From: Penicillus capitatus
Taxonomy: Eukaryota; Plantae; Chlorophyta
Direction: 5' to 3'
NCBI GenBank assembly: GCA_965649825.1
Contig: OZ287698.1
Span: forward strand, 573,949 to 637,948
DNA: 64,000 nt
Within the stretch, counting starts at the first letter, position 1; every line of letters begins with the position of its first letter. The translations under genes and the position numbers were made by a program. Positions 49,815 through 63,066 of the stretch are shown here, in pieces. A model generated the notes under the pieces. It ran no database searches. It was not told where the DNA came from and saw only the letters and a list, made by a program, of their open reading frames with translations.

Positions 49815-51425
49815 TCAATCGGAGAAGTAATCGCACAAGTATCCATTTACCCAATTCTCACCAAACGATTTCTCAATCGCCATACGCAGTTGCTCATGAT
49901 TACGACTCCTGATCAAAAACCTGAACACTCAATCAAGTCTATCATCTGTCTGCGAATCGCACACGTGAACCCACTTCTTATGAGCAGACGCAATTTCTAT
50001 CTGTCTTTCTTTGGAATCCAACGGCTCCACAATTTCAGCAGTCTGGGCAATGCCAAAGTGATGGGTTGGATAAACGAGCAAGGCTCGCTCACTTTCATGT
50101 ACACCTTGCTCAAGAGAGAGGTGTAGGACAAGAAACGGACGGACTCGTTATCGTCTTTAGGCGCAAAAGTTATCATAAAGGGAGAACGGATGCCGCTTGT
50201 CCAATTCGGATGGGAACGATTCGAGTCGATAGACTCTCTTTGTAACAATTGCATGCCCTTCGATCGAAAACAAAACGTCACACATCCATTCCCCTCCCCT
50301 CCCCCCAATCCCATCGAATCACGACAGGGACACACGCACCTCAGCATAGATATCTGGCAAGGACTGATCCGCAGTGACAGGAAAGAGATCCACAGAGCCC
50401 AACGAGATTCTCTTCGTACCCATCTGAAGGAGACGCGCCCTTCCGCACAACGACAGATAGTAAACAGGCATACCATGTCGACATTGAAGATGGGCATATC
50501 GTACTCTGGCTTAGGAATCATGTAACAGCGCAAGAACTACGACAGGGGATGGATGGATGGATGGGAGAATTGCATCGATGTGGCGAAGATGACCTGGAGT
50601 CCATCCTGTCGGACGCCGACACCCATATGCAGTTTCTTAAACTTGTCGCTGAAGTACGTGCGATTCTCCAGAAACATACGTGGGTATCTAAAAGCAGGCA
50701 GCTTGTCATCCATCATATCTCTACGATGTCATCACTCTGGATCGTCGATGGATGGATCGTCTGCATCCCGTGTAAAGGCTTCGCCTTGTTCGAGCTCTTT
50801 ATCCATCGAATCCACAAATTTCAGCTTCTTCTTCTTGATAGGAAGCAATCCGAATCCACCTGACAGCGAACAGCAAGGATATTTTGCTTGGGAACTTCGA
50901 AAGGAGACTGTGTTCCAGGATCTGTCTCCAGAGGCCCTCGATCTCCGAGGCCAGATAAGCGAACTCCGGAGCGAGCATTTTTTTGACAAGCCACAATCCC
51001 ATGCCAACCAGTCGACGCACCACTTCCGGAGATGCCGCTCCCTATATGGATGTGGCTGAGAAGGCAAGGAAGGCGTTTTGTTCGGAAGAGGATGGACCTC
51101 TTTGGTATAGACTTCGAAGGTGACCCAGTCTTTCCATGGATGATCGCTTTCAAAGACGTCACGCTTGAATTCTTCACTTGCCTTGGCCTTCAGGATGCAT
51201 TCCTCTGCAATCGGGAATCTCAGTTGGATGACACAGCAGCTGCGGATCGATACGTCGTCGCAGCGGATCTCGGGATGAAGTTGCTGTTCCTTCGACTCCG
51301 TGTCGAGAGACACGCAGTGGACAACGGCTGGCGAAAGATGCAGCTGGTGACGGACAGAGGCGACGCTTCCCTCTCTGTCGTTGTATTCCGACATCTGTCT
51401 GTCTCAGACAACGCGTGCATTCCAT
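49815..51425 (-). CDS. Ferredoxin-dependent bilin reductase, PCYA1-like, with atypical active site
   Basis: Transit-like N-terminus; LENRTYFSDKFKKLHMGVGVRQDGLQ|FLRCYMIPKPEYDMPIFNVDM, VDFFP, RSHPNW, EKSFGENW align with PcyA. Confidence 0.85.
50547..50564. repeat. (GGAT)4 microsatellite in a PCYA-like intron
   Basis: ggatggatggatggatgg. Confidence 0.85.
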
Positions 51426-51875
51426 GAGACTGCGATCGAACTGAACGGACTCCTTCGGCAAGATCGAAGGACGATGGGTGTTTGATGAAGTGACCGAAGG
51501 GGAGGACAAATCTTCATTGCGTCAGTCATTAGAACAAAATTGTTGTGGTGGCTGTCTCCTTTGTGCTCAGAGATTCTAAGTCTCGACCTTTTCACGAGCC
51601 TCTGAGGCATCTGCAAATGAGGAGGCCCGGTTCAGTCCGTCGAGAAATGCCTTATGCGGCTCTCAGAGTCCGAGCTTCGATTCGTTGATCCATTTGATCC
51701 TGTCGCTTGCCCATCCCTATTTGACTAAAAGCCACCTTCAACGTGTTCTCGGAATTCCAAAGCTTTAGTTCAGCTGAGTAGCACCAGCAAAGTGTCTCTT
51801 GAAGATCAGGCTGGCTGCCTTACGAGACTTCAGAGACCTATACATCCTTTCCAAAAAGCTTCAGAGCGACAATTC

Positions 51876-52799
51876 CTAGTCATTGATTCCTGCCTGCCAC
51901 ATGTCAGGATCAGAAGAATGAGCTTTCAATCGTTTATATGTTTCATTCGACAGTTTACGCATTGAAACCAAGACAGCTCGGCGTATGAGGCTGAAGACGG
52001 TTCTCTTGTAATAAAGGAGGCATCTTACATTCTGCACCTCAAAATCCGCCCATCGATATTTCATCGAACTAACCCTACACGTATCAAGAAACCCTGACGC
52101 GCCTCCGACAAATTCGAGCTCGTCTGACAGAAACCGTGTTCCTGCGACACGGACACACATGTTTTTGAGCATCCCCTCATCCGCAAATCCGATGTATATA
52201 ATCACACAGCCTTCCCACCAATGAAAAAAGACCTCAGCATAACCTGAGACGAAAACCTCTTCGTTGACAATGCAATAGACGGAATGTTGGTTGTATGTAG
52301 GTTGTCCGGGCCTGGCCGTTCGAAAGAACGTACGGGGTCTCTACACGAGCCAGCTCGCTATTTCTTTTGCAATATTCAATGTTTTCCCAATTCCTGCCGC
52401 GTTCGGCAGTCTGTCTTTTGTCGCGACAAGTGGACGAGCAATTCGTCCACATCCAGGAATTCTTTTCAATGACCCCGTAACCAGCGACACCGTTCTCCGT
52501 CGAATGGGACGTGTCACTCTCCTCTTAAGATTTACCACTGAAACATCCTTGACAAAACGCAGCGGTCCAGCAATTCTGTTCCATGCCGGCCTTCTCTTCG
52601 TTAGGTTGCGGAAGCCGGAAACAGTACGCTCCTTTATGCCGACGACGGCATTCATAGTCCAAACTTGGAAGAAAGTCGTTTTAGCAGATTGCGTCGCTTG
52701 CGCTGTCCAGCTCCATAGGGTTCGCCACTGGATAGAGGATACTATCCCGCAAACTCCACGCGCTGCCGATCGCACAACACGTTTACCGCGCCCAAACAT
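51876..52799 (-). CDS. Hypothetical gene; one reading frame interrupted by a single TAG
   Basis: ORFs 52341-52808 and 51876-52205 are in the same frame and the intervening codons are open. No family recognised. Confidence 0.4.
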
Positions 52800-53124
52800 A
52801 ATAAACAACCTCTCCTTTCAATAAGACGACAAAATCGATGCGGTCAAAAAGACAACGCTGGACGCAGTCGTCTGTTCTCGCCTTTACAAATCAGAGAATG
52901 GCTTTCGAACAGCGTTCTTTACGACAGTCCGCAATTGATCGATATGAAACGACGTGACAAGGAATGAAAAAAAAAACGTCGATAGAACGTCGTCCTTTAC
53001 GCACGTCATTCAGATCGACTGCCGTCTAGAAACGAGCGTCACTGATACCTTTCGAGATCGTGCTCTTCTGGCCGACTGACATCGTTGTTACGTTTTCACG
53101 AAGACTGAGTCTCGGGGCCGAGCC

Positions 53125-56029
53125 ATGAAGTTCAACATCCAAGAAGTCCCCGTCTATTTTCCCTACCCGTTTATGTATCCGGAACAGTACAAGTACATGT
53201 GTCATTTGAAACGAAGTCTGGACGTCAACGGACACTGCCTTCTTGAAGTCACTGATGCCCTCCTGCTGATAAGAGATCACTCACTGTGGTGTGGAAGTGC
53301 AGATGCCTACAGGAACGGGAAAGACGATCGCACTGCTCTCCTTCATCACTTCCTATCAACTCGTACGGCCTGACATCGGAAAACTGATCTACTGTACACG
53401 GACGGTGCCCGAGATGGAAAAGGCAAGGGCCGTGCGAAAATGATAGGAAAGTGGGAGACGGCACTTGTATGTAGGTGTTGAAGGAACTGAAACATCTAGC
53501 GCATTATCGCCAGCGGTATTTTCCAGACGGTTTCGTTCCCGAGTTCCTCGCTATGGGTCTCAGTTCCCGCAGCAATCTCTGCATACATCCTGATGTAGCA
53601 GGCATGTGATATCTATCCAAGATCTGCATATGGACTGAGGGACAGCTGCAGGTACTGGATATCGTGAAGTTGTCGATGCTCGGTGTCGACAGAAAACGGC
53701 GCCCTGGGTACGGGAGGAACGCAAACGCCAAGGATTGCCTCCTATTCCGGACATCGAGGATCTCTCTGGCTGCTGCTTCTATGAGAAGTATGATAAGGCA
53801 GAGCAGGACTCCGAGATCAACATTCCTTCAGGTCCATCCACATTTCCTGTCGCCGCAGCATCGCATTTGCTGTAGGTGTATACACTTTGGGCGATCTGCG
53901 TGCTTTCGGAAGGGAACGTGGTTGGTGTCCTTACTTCCTGGCACGGCATACGATCGCCTATTCCAACGTCATTGTGTTCAACTACCAGTACATGATCGAT
54001 CCGAAAGTGGCAGAGACGGTGTCGAGTCACTTCGAGCAGAACTGTGTCGTGGTGTTTGATGAAGCGCACAACATCGATAACAATGCAATCGAAGCCCTCA
54101 GCGTGTTTCTGAACAAACAAGCACTGCATGCAGCAAAACAGAACATCAAGAGCCTCAATCAGGTCCATTGATAATGAGATAAGCATACAGGAAATATACA
54201 AAGGGGCACAGAAAGTGAAGCAAAGCAAGGGACATGTGGCAGAGAGACTCAGAGAAGAGCACCAGCGACTGGTAGAGGGTCTCGTTGTGCAAGGCACGTG
54301 TTCCTCATATATTCTGTGGCCTCTTCGATACGGATGGATGTGTCAGGAGTTGTTCCGCGTGAAGATATTGATGTTCTGGCAAATCCAGTCACGTCATCTC
54401 ATCTCCCTCAGGTCTGAACAAGAGAAGCAGGAATTGATACTCTATAATAGAGACGGCATGCAGGAAGCAGTCCCGGGAAATATTCGGAGGGCGGAGCATT
54501 TCGTGTCCTTTCTCAATCGATTTCTGAACTACCTGTGGACGCGTCTGGACGTGGATGAAGTCGAAGCAGAAGGGCCGGATTCGTTCATTCGTCGCATTCC
54601 CTCCGATAGTGGCATCAACAAGAAATCTCTGAGGCAAGGAATTCTCTCCTATTTAGCACTCAATTTGAAAAGCCTGTAGGTTTTGTCACGATCGCCTACA
54701 CTCGCTCATCAACACGCTCGAGATCGATAACACGGATGACTACCTGCCGATTCGGCTTGTGTCCGATCTCGGTACCTTGATCGGCACATATTCCGAAGGA
54801 TTCCAGATTATCATCGAACCGTATGATGAACGAACGGTCCACAGTCCGGAGGAGCCCATTTTGCAGCTGGCCTGTTTGGACGCATCCATTGCTATGGCGC
54901 CCGTTTTCCAGAAGTTTCGATCCGTCATCATCACATCCGGAACGCTCAGTCCATTGGACTTCTTTCCAAAGATCCTGGAGTTTCATCCCGTCGTGGCAGA
55001 GAGCCTAAGCATGACATTGTCCAGAGAGTGTCTCTGTCCTGTCGTCGTCAAAGCTGGAACAGATCAGATGCCGGTCGGTATCTCACACCACCTCCAAGTT
55101 TCCGGACAGCTGTTCTGATGCATACGGCAGGTGAGTACAGACATCAAGACGCGACACGAGGATTCAGTGATCCGGAACTATGGACGGCTGCTGGTCGAAC
55201 TCTGCCGAGTGATTCCGGACGGCGTTGTCTGTTTTTTCGTGAGCTATGACTACATGCAGAAAGTTGCCGAAAAATGGCACGTCATGAAGATTCTACACGA
55301 GATCTCACATTACAAGCTTCCGTTCTTCGAAACGAAGGTCACTCAACTGTCCACTGCGTTATAGAAGATCTCCTGTGTGTTGCAGAATGTGGCCAAAACA
55401 ACAGCGGCTTTGGAGAATTATCGTCGGGCATGCGACTGCGGAAGAGGCGCCGTGTTCTTTAGCATTGCCAGAGGTAAAGTGGCCGAGGGTATCGATTTTG
55501 AAGGCCACTATGGCCGATGCGTTGTGATGGTCGGCATTCCCTACCAGTACACTCTATCCAGAGTCCTGCTGGCACGCCTTTCATACCTGCAGCAGAAGTT
55601 TAACATCACAAACAAAGACTACCTCAATTTCGATGCCTTGCGTCAAGCTGCTCAGTGTGTCGGCCGGGTCATTCGAGACAAAGGCGACTACGGTCTCTCC
55701 GTTATCTTGCGTTTGATCTGAGTGACCAGACGGTGTGATCCTGTCCAGGACTCATGGTTTTTGCAGATAGGCGTTATGGCCGTTCCGACAAGATCGGGAA
55801 ACTGCCTGCTTGGATTCGTGAGTATCTGAAGCCTGCGCATCTAAATCTCTCGACCGACATGATGCTCTACATCGCAAAGGCCTTCATGTGTAAAATGGCG
55901 CAGCCGTTTCCACGAAGCGAGCAGGCACATAGCTTGCTTACGGAAGCGCAGGTCCATCAACTGGAACAGAGCGGCAACGAAATGGACGTGGATCAGGATC
56001 CTGCCACACAAGCGCCACAGATGATGTGA
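53125..56029 (+). CDS. ERCC2: TFIIH XPD helicase
   Basis: [13 protein letters not shown]-like [46 protein letters not shown]; 11 introns reconstructed. Confidence 0.98.
53423..53474 (+). other. GC-AG intron in XPD (further ones at 53602-53651, 54294-54346 and 54634-54679)
   Basis: AAG|gcaagg...atgtag|GTG restores TVPEMEK-VLKEL; each of the others is required to keep the XPD frame. Confidence 0.85.
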
Positions 56030-56435
56030 TGCGTGACCCGGTAACAGTCTTAAAGGATCACCAAAAGAGATCTCGGACATCGCACTGGAGTGAAATGCAC
56101 CGCAGTGGCACACGTTCATCGCATTCCGTTCCTTCTCGCGGACTCTAGCTGTGAAGCTCTGTCCGTCTTTTGCCAGCAATCCGACGTTTCTGCAACAGTG
56201 GACGTCGTCAGATGTTGATGCGTTTCGATGACGAGAACGTATCGCTCTCTTTTCATCGCATTTGCGCTGCACAGAATCGTTCTTGTTGCCCAGCGATCGA
56301 AAATCACAATGGGCGATGCGTTACTCGATCGACTTATGTACAGATAATCATTTCACCTTTTAAACGACGTGGTGTCCTTGCGCCTATCTGACGGACGTCA
56401 CACACTGTTCTTAAAGACAGGAGTTTGAATTTCCG

Positions 56436-58110
56436 ATGGATCCAGTCGTCTATCTCGACGAAACGCTGAAGAGCTTCTTTCAGCGTCAAACAGAGGATGA
56501 GCAAGTTTGGGATGCGTGTTTGTCTACCTCTGCGTCATGTTTCGAAGCAGGTAGGACTGCTCGTTGGACGCCTGGCTCCTCGTTGCGAAGTTCTGGACTG
56601 TGTGTTCACACCTGAAGTGTCTCTCTCTTGTGGATGACGTTTTTTGCAAGGCCTGCGATTAGGAAGATATGAAGGCAAACAGTGAGCTAGAGTCGGAGAG
56701 ATTGGCTGCTGCTGTGCTCGATCACGGTCGCTTTGTCAATCGAATCCTGCCAGGAGGTCCAAGCTTCTCGTCTCTATTCACCCTCGAGCACACAGATGCC
56801 TTACAGGACTCTTTGTCGTGGGTGTTTATTGCTTTTTACAGAAGACGAAGCGTCTCACTCTTGTCACACATCTGAAGAAGGTCATCCGAAAGATATATGA
56901 AGATGGACCATCGTTCGGTGCGATCCCTGCCTGATGTTTGAGAAAGAAGCCTTGATACTGTGCCGAGATTAGACGTGCCTCAAGAACGCTGGATACTTGA
57001 GACCGCGCTGCCTGATGCAAAGCGAACGTTGACATGCATTCCGATGTCGAGAGGCGGTGCTGCGAAGGAGACGGTTGGCAACATTCAGTTCCAGAAATTG
57101 ACGCAGCCCTTAATCCCAGTTCACTGCAAGTTGACAATCTCGGGCGACTTAGTGGCCTTTTACACTATTCTTGACTTTAGATATCGTTTTCACTGCGATC
57201 TCCCTTTTGCAGAAGAGAGACCGACGCTCAGTGCCATCAGGAAACAGATCGTGGCCATACAATCCACAGCTATTCAGTGAGAGAGCAAATGGACGCTATT
57301 GATCTCACGAACTGCGTCCTGACAGAGAGGCAGTTCCAGCAATGGATGCACAAGTGGTGGACGGAAACCGTGTCGTTGAGGAGGTTGTATCGAACGGCTG
57401 TATCCAGCTGCAACTGTGGACGCCATTTGGCACGAGCAAATCTATCGACGATACACCTATCAAGAGTCATCTGGCTCTACAGGGAGTGATGGATTGCAGA
57501 GCCCTGTGCAGCATGAGCGATACACTTCAGAGGGCAACAGATTATCTAAAAGTGAAGAACAGCCACCCCATCCAAGCATCGCTGACACCTCCTTGCATCA
57601 CCAGACGGATGTTCTCCAAAGCCTCGTGTTCAGATTGAAGACGTTGGAAGAGTTGTACGAAGAAGAGCTGATGTTGGATGCCGGTGAGGTGTATGAACTT
57701 CCCCGACGGGTGTGGGGAAAATGGAAGGTACAATGCTGTTGTGTGCATATGCGATATGTGATCATTGATCTGTCAATGAAGTTTGGAGCTCATCTGTGCG
57801 ATTACTTGACGAGAGGCGAATCGAAAGCCGATGCACAGCACAACATTCAAGAGCTCATGCACTTCTCACTCACAGAAGTGTGACCATCCATGTTTGGCGG
57901 CGCCGCCAGACGAGGCATCCCGGATTGCTCTAGATGGAAGATCGTGAGAAGCCCTCAAACGTTTCCGCGATTCCAGAGTCGTGGTGGAGTCCCTTGGAAT
58001 CCGATAGCCACACGAAAGTGCATAATAGAAGACTGCCACTAAGTACAGCAGTCATTGTCTGCAGTGCACTGGTCGCTGTTGTCGCCGTTCTGTATCTGTC
58101 ACTGTTCTAA
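56436..58110 (+). CDS. ODR4: ODR-4-like tail-anchored membrane protein
   Basis: Spliced VGLLVGR...FTPE, HGRFVNRILPGGLFVVGV, ELPRRVW, LCDYL; C-terminal TM AVIVCSALVAVVAVLYLSLF*. Confidence 0.75.
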
Positions 58111-58215
58111 CTATTTACCACGGCATCCTTAGATTCAGATCTACATGTTATACATTGAGATTAAATGCCATCGATCTCAACAATCAAAGACAGCAGCCTT
58201 GCCATTAAAAACCAT

Positions 58216-59810
58216 TCATTCGAGCTTTAATAGCTTTCTGATTCGTCTCCACATATTCGACGACGGATGTGTCGTTTGCTGCCCGTTGGTGCTCAAGGGC
58301 ATCGCTCCTCTACTGGAAGAGGACTCCTGATAATGTGCACCATGAAGAGCATTCCCATATCCGGAAGCTGGAGGAAAGGCCTGCTGCCCACTCGGTGGCA
58401 AAGTTTCATTGCCATTTAGAGGAGGGTAATTTGTTGGATAGTGCCCTTCGCCTCTCGACAAACCGCGTGAGGAGCCGTATGGCCTGGGAATACATCCAGG
58501 GATGCGACAGGACCACTGGGTTTTCTCTAACCTTGATTGAGGCTGTCCTTCCTTTTGAGCCTGGGCATAGGCTTGCTGCATATCCTCCTCTTCCTGCAGC
58601 TGCATGGCAAAAGCCAGATCCGCATCGTGGTCTGCAAACAGAGACAGCCCTGTTTAGACGCCTCGTATAACAGCAGAGATCACTCACTTTGAACAGCTTC
58701 TGACGTCGGGGCAAGCGACAAGAAGTCTTTGGGTAGGATACTGCCAGTCGATGCCTGGGTGTTCTGCTGAGACATGGAGACTGCCATGGCATACTGCAAG
58801 TCACGGTCCGTATCAGGTAGATCTGTCTCAGCGGCACGTTCAAAGACCTTAAAATCTCCAGTGAAAAACTGATTGTCGTTATTCACGCTCTCCAGCTTTT
58901 CCCAAACGAGTTGGCTCTCCGCAAGGTACCCCTGATCGGTAACAAGAATGTACAGTGACTTGTTTTCTTTAAAGATGGTGCTAAAGTGATTATTTCTGAA
59001 GAAGACGGCAAGTTCTTTCTCAGGAAGCTGTTGATGGAGCTGAAACAGACCAAACATGGATAACTGATTCGAGTGATCATCCAGCCAGTCACGCACGGCC
59101 CTCCATTCCCGTACTTGCATAGAATCGACCCCCTCTACGACATCATCATCCTCCTCCTCTTCCTCCTCCTCGATCAGCGGCTCTTGGATGTCCAAACGGA
59201 CTCCAGTATCTGTGACAGTGAGATGACAGGTGACAAGACAGGGTGGCGGCGCATTATGGTCAACAGGTATAGCATCTAAATCGATGAGCGGTTTCTCACG
59301 CATATTGTTCTGTCGTTGGCTCCACGCTTCGGATCCCAACACAGAAATCACTTTAGCCACGACTTGATTGTAAGACATTTCTCCGACGGATGATGCAACT
59401 TCTTCTTCTGGGTCAAGAATCCAGCCATGTACGAGACTGATGTTGAAAAGGTCGAAGATCGCCGTCTCATTCGTAAACTCAAATCCTCGGACGGAACTGA
59501 ATTTAGGGTTGACGTCCACGCCGGTCGTTAGTTTGTGCATGTTGTCTATCACATCTTGCAGGTTCTGCCTGAGATTCGCCTCATAGTGCGACGAGGGTTC
59601 GACGGGGTTGTTATCGAGTAGGTACTCGGCAAGTATGTCCATCAATTTCTCCTGTTCCACCATGTAAGTATTGGCCGGCAAGTGAATAGCGTTGCGCAGG
59701 AGGAGGACGTTGGCAATAGCCAGCATCGGACATGGACCATTTTCGTTCTGCAAAACGATGGGAACTTCACGACCGTAGAAACGCACGTACTTTAACTTGT
59801 GGTCCGGCAT
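58216..59810 (-). CDS. MINDY1: MINDY-1/2-type K48 deubiquitinase
   Basis: QNENGPCPMLAIAN, LVHGWILDP, FFRNNHFST, LVTDQGY; MIU-like DADLAFAMQLQEEE. Confidence 0.93.
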
Positions 59811-59948
59811 CCGAAGAGCGAAGAAACAACGCGAGAAGGTCTTGTCAAACAGTCAGTCTGTCTTTGTGTATGTACGTGCGGGCATGCCTGCATGACGCTA
59901 TGTAACACCGTGGATTGTGTCGAACGACATTGACTGATTGTCGACAAC

Positions 59949-61141
59949 ATGGCTGCGGTATTGCTTGGCGCTCACGCACATCTGCGAGGTGTTGCATTAC
60001 CTAATAGAGAGAGACGGAATGAGAGGCGTCGGGTTTGGCCAGTTCGAGCCTATCGTGGGTTTTCGTTTGAGTCCAAAGAGAAGAGCGGCGACAAGGGACG
60101 TTTCGTCGTTTCCCTGCCAATTTGTCATCACCTCAATCGCATCTCGACATTGGCTGATGTGCTGATGCCAAAGCCGCAGAAGATAGAGTTTGGTGGTATG
60201 CAAGCGACGGGAGGCTTGATCCTGAGCACTGCTGTCCTGTCAATGATGCCGACACAACGCGTGGCAGGGATCCTGATTCTTGCCCTCTGCGTCACGACAA
60301 CTCTCACCGGCTACGCACGATGTCTCTATCTCTCACGTACGGCATCGATGCCACTGCGCCAGAAGTCAAAGCAGGAGTGTGGCAGGGGATAAGGGGAAAG
60401 CGCTCGATGTGGTGCTGCATGCACACGAAGCGGCAAAGGATGTCTATAGCTCCAGTATCCCGTCGGGAGGCCAGATCACGTGGCATCGTTTTGTGCTCTC
60501 GCCCTTCTATGAACCGAGCCCCATCTATATGCTTCTCAATTGCTGGGGGCTTTACGCCGTGGGGCAATTGACACTCTGCGCCGTTGTCGGCGGGCGGAAG
60601 GTAGATGCCTTGCAATCCAGCAACAGCGTCCGTTTCGACACATGTCTGTTGCCACAGTTCTTGTGCCTCTGTGGAGCTGCTTTTGCATTGGGACGTCTCC
60701 TGCAATTCTTCATCACTCAATCGACAGCTGTTCAGCTCACGCATGTAACGCAGAGAAAAACGCAGGCGGACTCAGAAGTGCGAGATCGACTGATCGAGCT
60801 GTTCTTCTTGCCAAATGGCACGTGGGGATTTGGTCCAATTCTGAATGCGCTGATCTGGTTTAGCTGTTTTGCCTTTCCTTATCTGTTGTACCCTGCCACG
60901 CCATCGGGCATCACTGCGCCAATCTGGACAGCGATTGGCATCCCTACACTGTTACTCCTGGAAGACCTTTACAGCATCATCCATGCATCAAGACGAGCTC
61001 AAGTAACAATCTCCCAAACACAGACAGATCTTGTCGTAATACCATGCATCTATGTTGCAGAAAATCAAGACAGGAAGCACGCCAGGACTGCAGTTGGCTG
61101 CACTGCTGGTTGGTATTGGTGGAGCCTGCCTATTCAGATAA
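59949..61141 (+). CDS. Rhomboid-like membrane protein, probably inactive
   Basis: HRFVLSPFYEPSPIYMLLNCWGLY resembles rhomboid S.F.H...H...N; TM4 has WGFG in place of GxSG; the last TM has no His. Confidence 0.55.
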
Positions 61142-61252
61142 CAGCAGATCGTTTGAGAGAGGCGGAAATGCTGTGAAATCTCTTAACTGCTTCAGCGATT
61201 CTCTCTTTGTCGAATTAGAGTGTAACTGAAATTTCATTTCGTCGCCGTTACG

Positions 61253-61852
61253 TCAGAGAAGAGGCTCCATGTCCACTTCGCCATCGCGAAACAGAGACGA
61301 ACGCCATTTCTCATAGTCCCACTCCATGTCCACCACTTGACTAGAGAAACGCAACATCGTGAAGACTATCCTTGTTGTCTGTCCCTTACTCTGTCCCACT
61401 CGCCCATACGTAGACAAATGCCGAGAGATTTCTGCCGTCCTGAAAAAAGCATGTATTGCTAAGCACGGACGGACAAGAGACGGACTTGTAGTTTCACGTC
61501 GATCTCTTCTCTGTGGTATTCTTCTTCATACCCTGTACAGCAGGACGCCTTCGTCTAAAGCCATGTGCAGTGCTGCTGTACTCACAGTCTAGTGTCTTCA
61601 TGTCTTCGTCAGTCAAATCAAACAGCACCTGGTTAACAGAAACGTCCCATCAGGATGCGCGAACTGGTGTCGTCACACTTTTCCGCTTAGCGGTTTGGCG
61701 TGCGTACAGGCCAGAACACCGGGATAGACTCTATCCTTTAGACAAACGCGACGATATCCTGTCGCTGTGGCATACATCGTGTGCACGTCTTTGTTGAGAA
61801 CGCGACGCACAACGGCGTCTTCCATAAGCGTTCCATAAACGAAGACGTTCAT
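61253..61852 (-). CDS. AIG2-like gamma-glutamylcyclotransferase-fold protein, 5 exons
   Basis: MNVFVYGTL, GYRRVCLKDRVYPG, LDWYEEEYHR, VYVW, EWDYEKW. Absent from the ORF track. Confidence 0.88.
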
Positions 61853-61888
61853 GCTGGTAACGCCTCGCTCAACAGAGGAGCGTTAGCG

Positions 61889-63066
61889 ATGGACGGATCA
61901 GTTAATCATGATGATGATTATCCGCCGTTTACGATAACCCCTGTCCACAGTTCCCCATTCCTCGATCGCTCGAACATCGGTTCCGCGGCCAAAGCCTCGC
62001 GTGTTGGGTATCATAGAATGGACGCGACGGATTCGGAGCATGCGGCTCCAGGTCATGGCCTCATGGACTTGCATCTCAGCGACGTCCACATTGGTTGCTG
62101 TCCGCCTGGCACGGGTTTCTGGACCACTTCTATCCGTCTCTATCTCTCATCGCCCGCAGAAAATGCAACGTGCAGTGCCGTCCAAACAGACGAAGATGGG
62201 GATCTGTGTTTAGAGAGGAGAAGGACATGGACGATTCGGCACCTTCGAGAAACGACACTAGATGCTGTCGGCGGCCAGGTGAGCACCACCGACGTCGTAT
62301 CGCACAGAAGCTGACTCCACTCTCGACACACAATAGATTTGGAGAGGATCCTGTCTCTTGTCTGATTTTATTCTCTCCTCTCCAGAGCCATTCCAAGACA
62401 AGACCATACTAGAGCTTGGGTGCGGGATAGGTATGACGGGTATTGCCCTGCACGGGATTGCTCACGATGTCTATCTGACGGATCATAATCGAGCAGCACT
62501 TCAGCTGTGTCACGAGAACATTCAGCAGAATACGGCGAACCCCGATCTCTTCAGAATTCGAATGTTGGATTGGACTTGCGTGGACGCGATTTTTTCGCAA
62601 GGCGGCAGCAAGGATACAGAATCGCCCGCTTTTCGATGGATGGATGAGGACGGTGAGGTGTTGAAATCTGTCGATATCTTCTTAGCCGCCGATGTGATTT
62701 ATGACCCTCCGTTGACAACTGCTTTCTTCCAAGCACTTGCTCGACTCATGCGCTGTTCGCGGAAGGACTCAATTTGTTATCTCTCTTTGGAGAAGCGCTT
62801 TAATTTTACTCTGGAGGATTTGGACGTGAGGGATCCTGCTTATGATCATTTTCGCTCTTTTGTCGATCCGCTCGATGGCGGCGCACTTTGGAGTGAGTTC
62901 CTAGGAGAGAAATTGCCACTCGAGTCCATTCCTCAAGTAAAGACCACTGATTCTCGTAAAGTTGAACAGTCATTCTGTGCGTCATCAGGTTTTGGACATC
63001 CCGAGAAGCAACGATATGGAGCTCTGGAAGATTTGCCTGCGAAACGCAGAGCGTGCTTTGATGTGA
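61889..63066 (+). CDS. METTL22: METTL22-like lysine methyltransferase (family 16)
   Basis: VGGQV, LELGCGIG, LTDH, LAADVIYD, EKRFNFTL, ELWKI. Confidence 0.88.
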
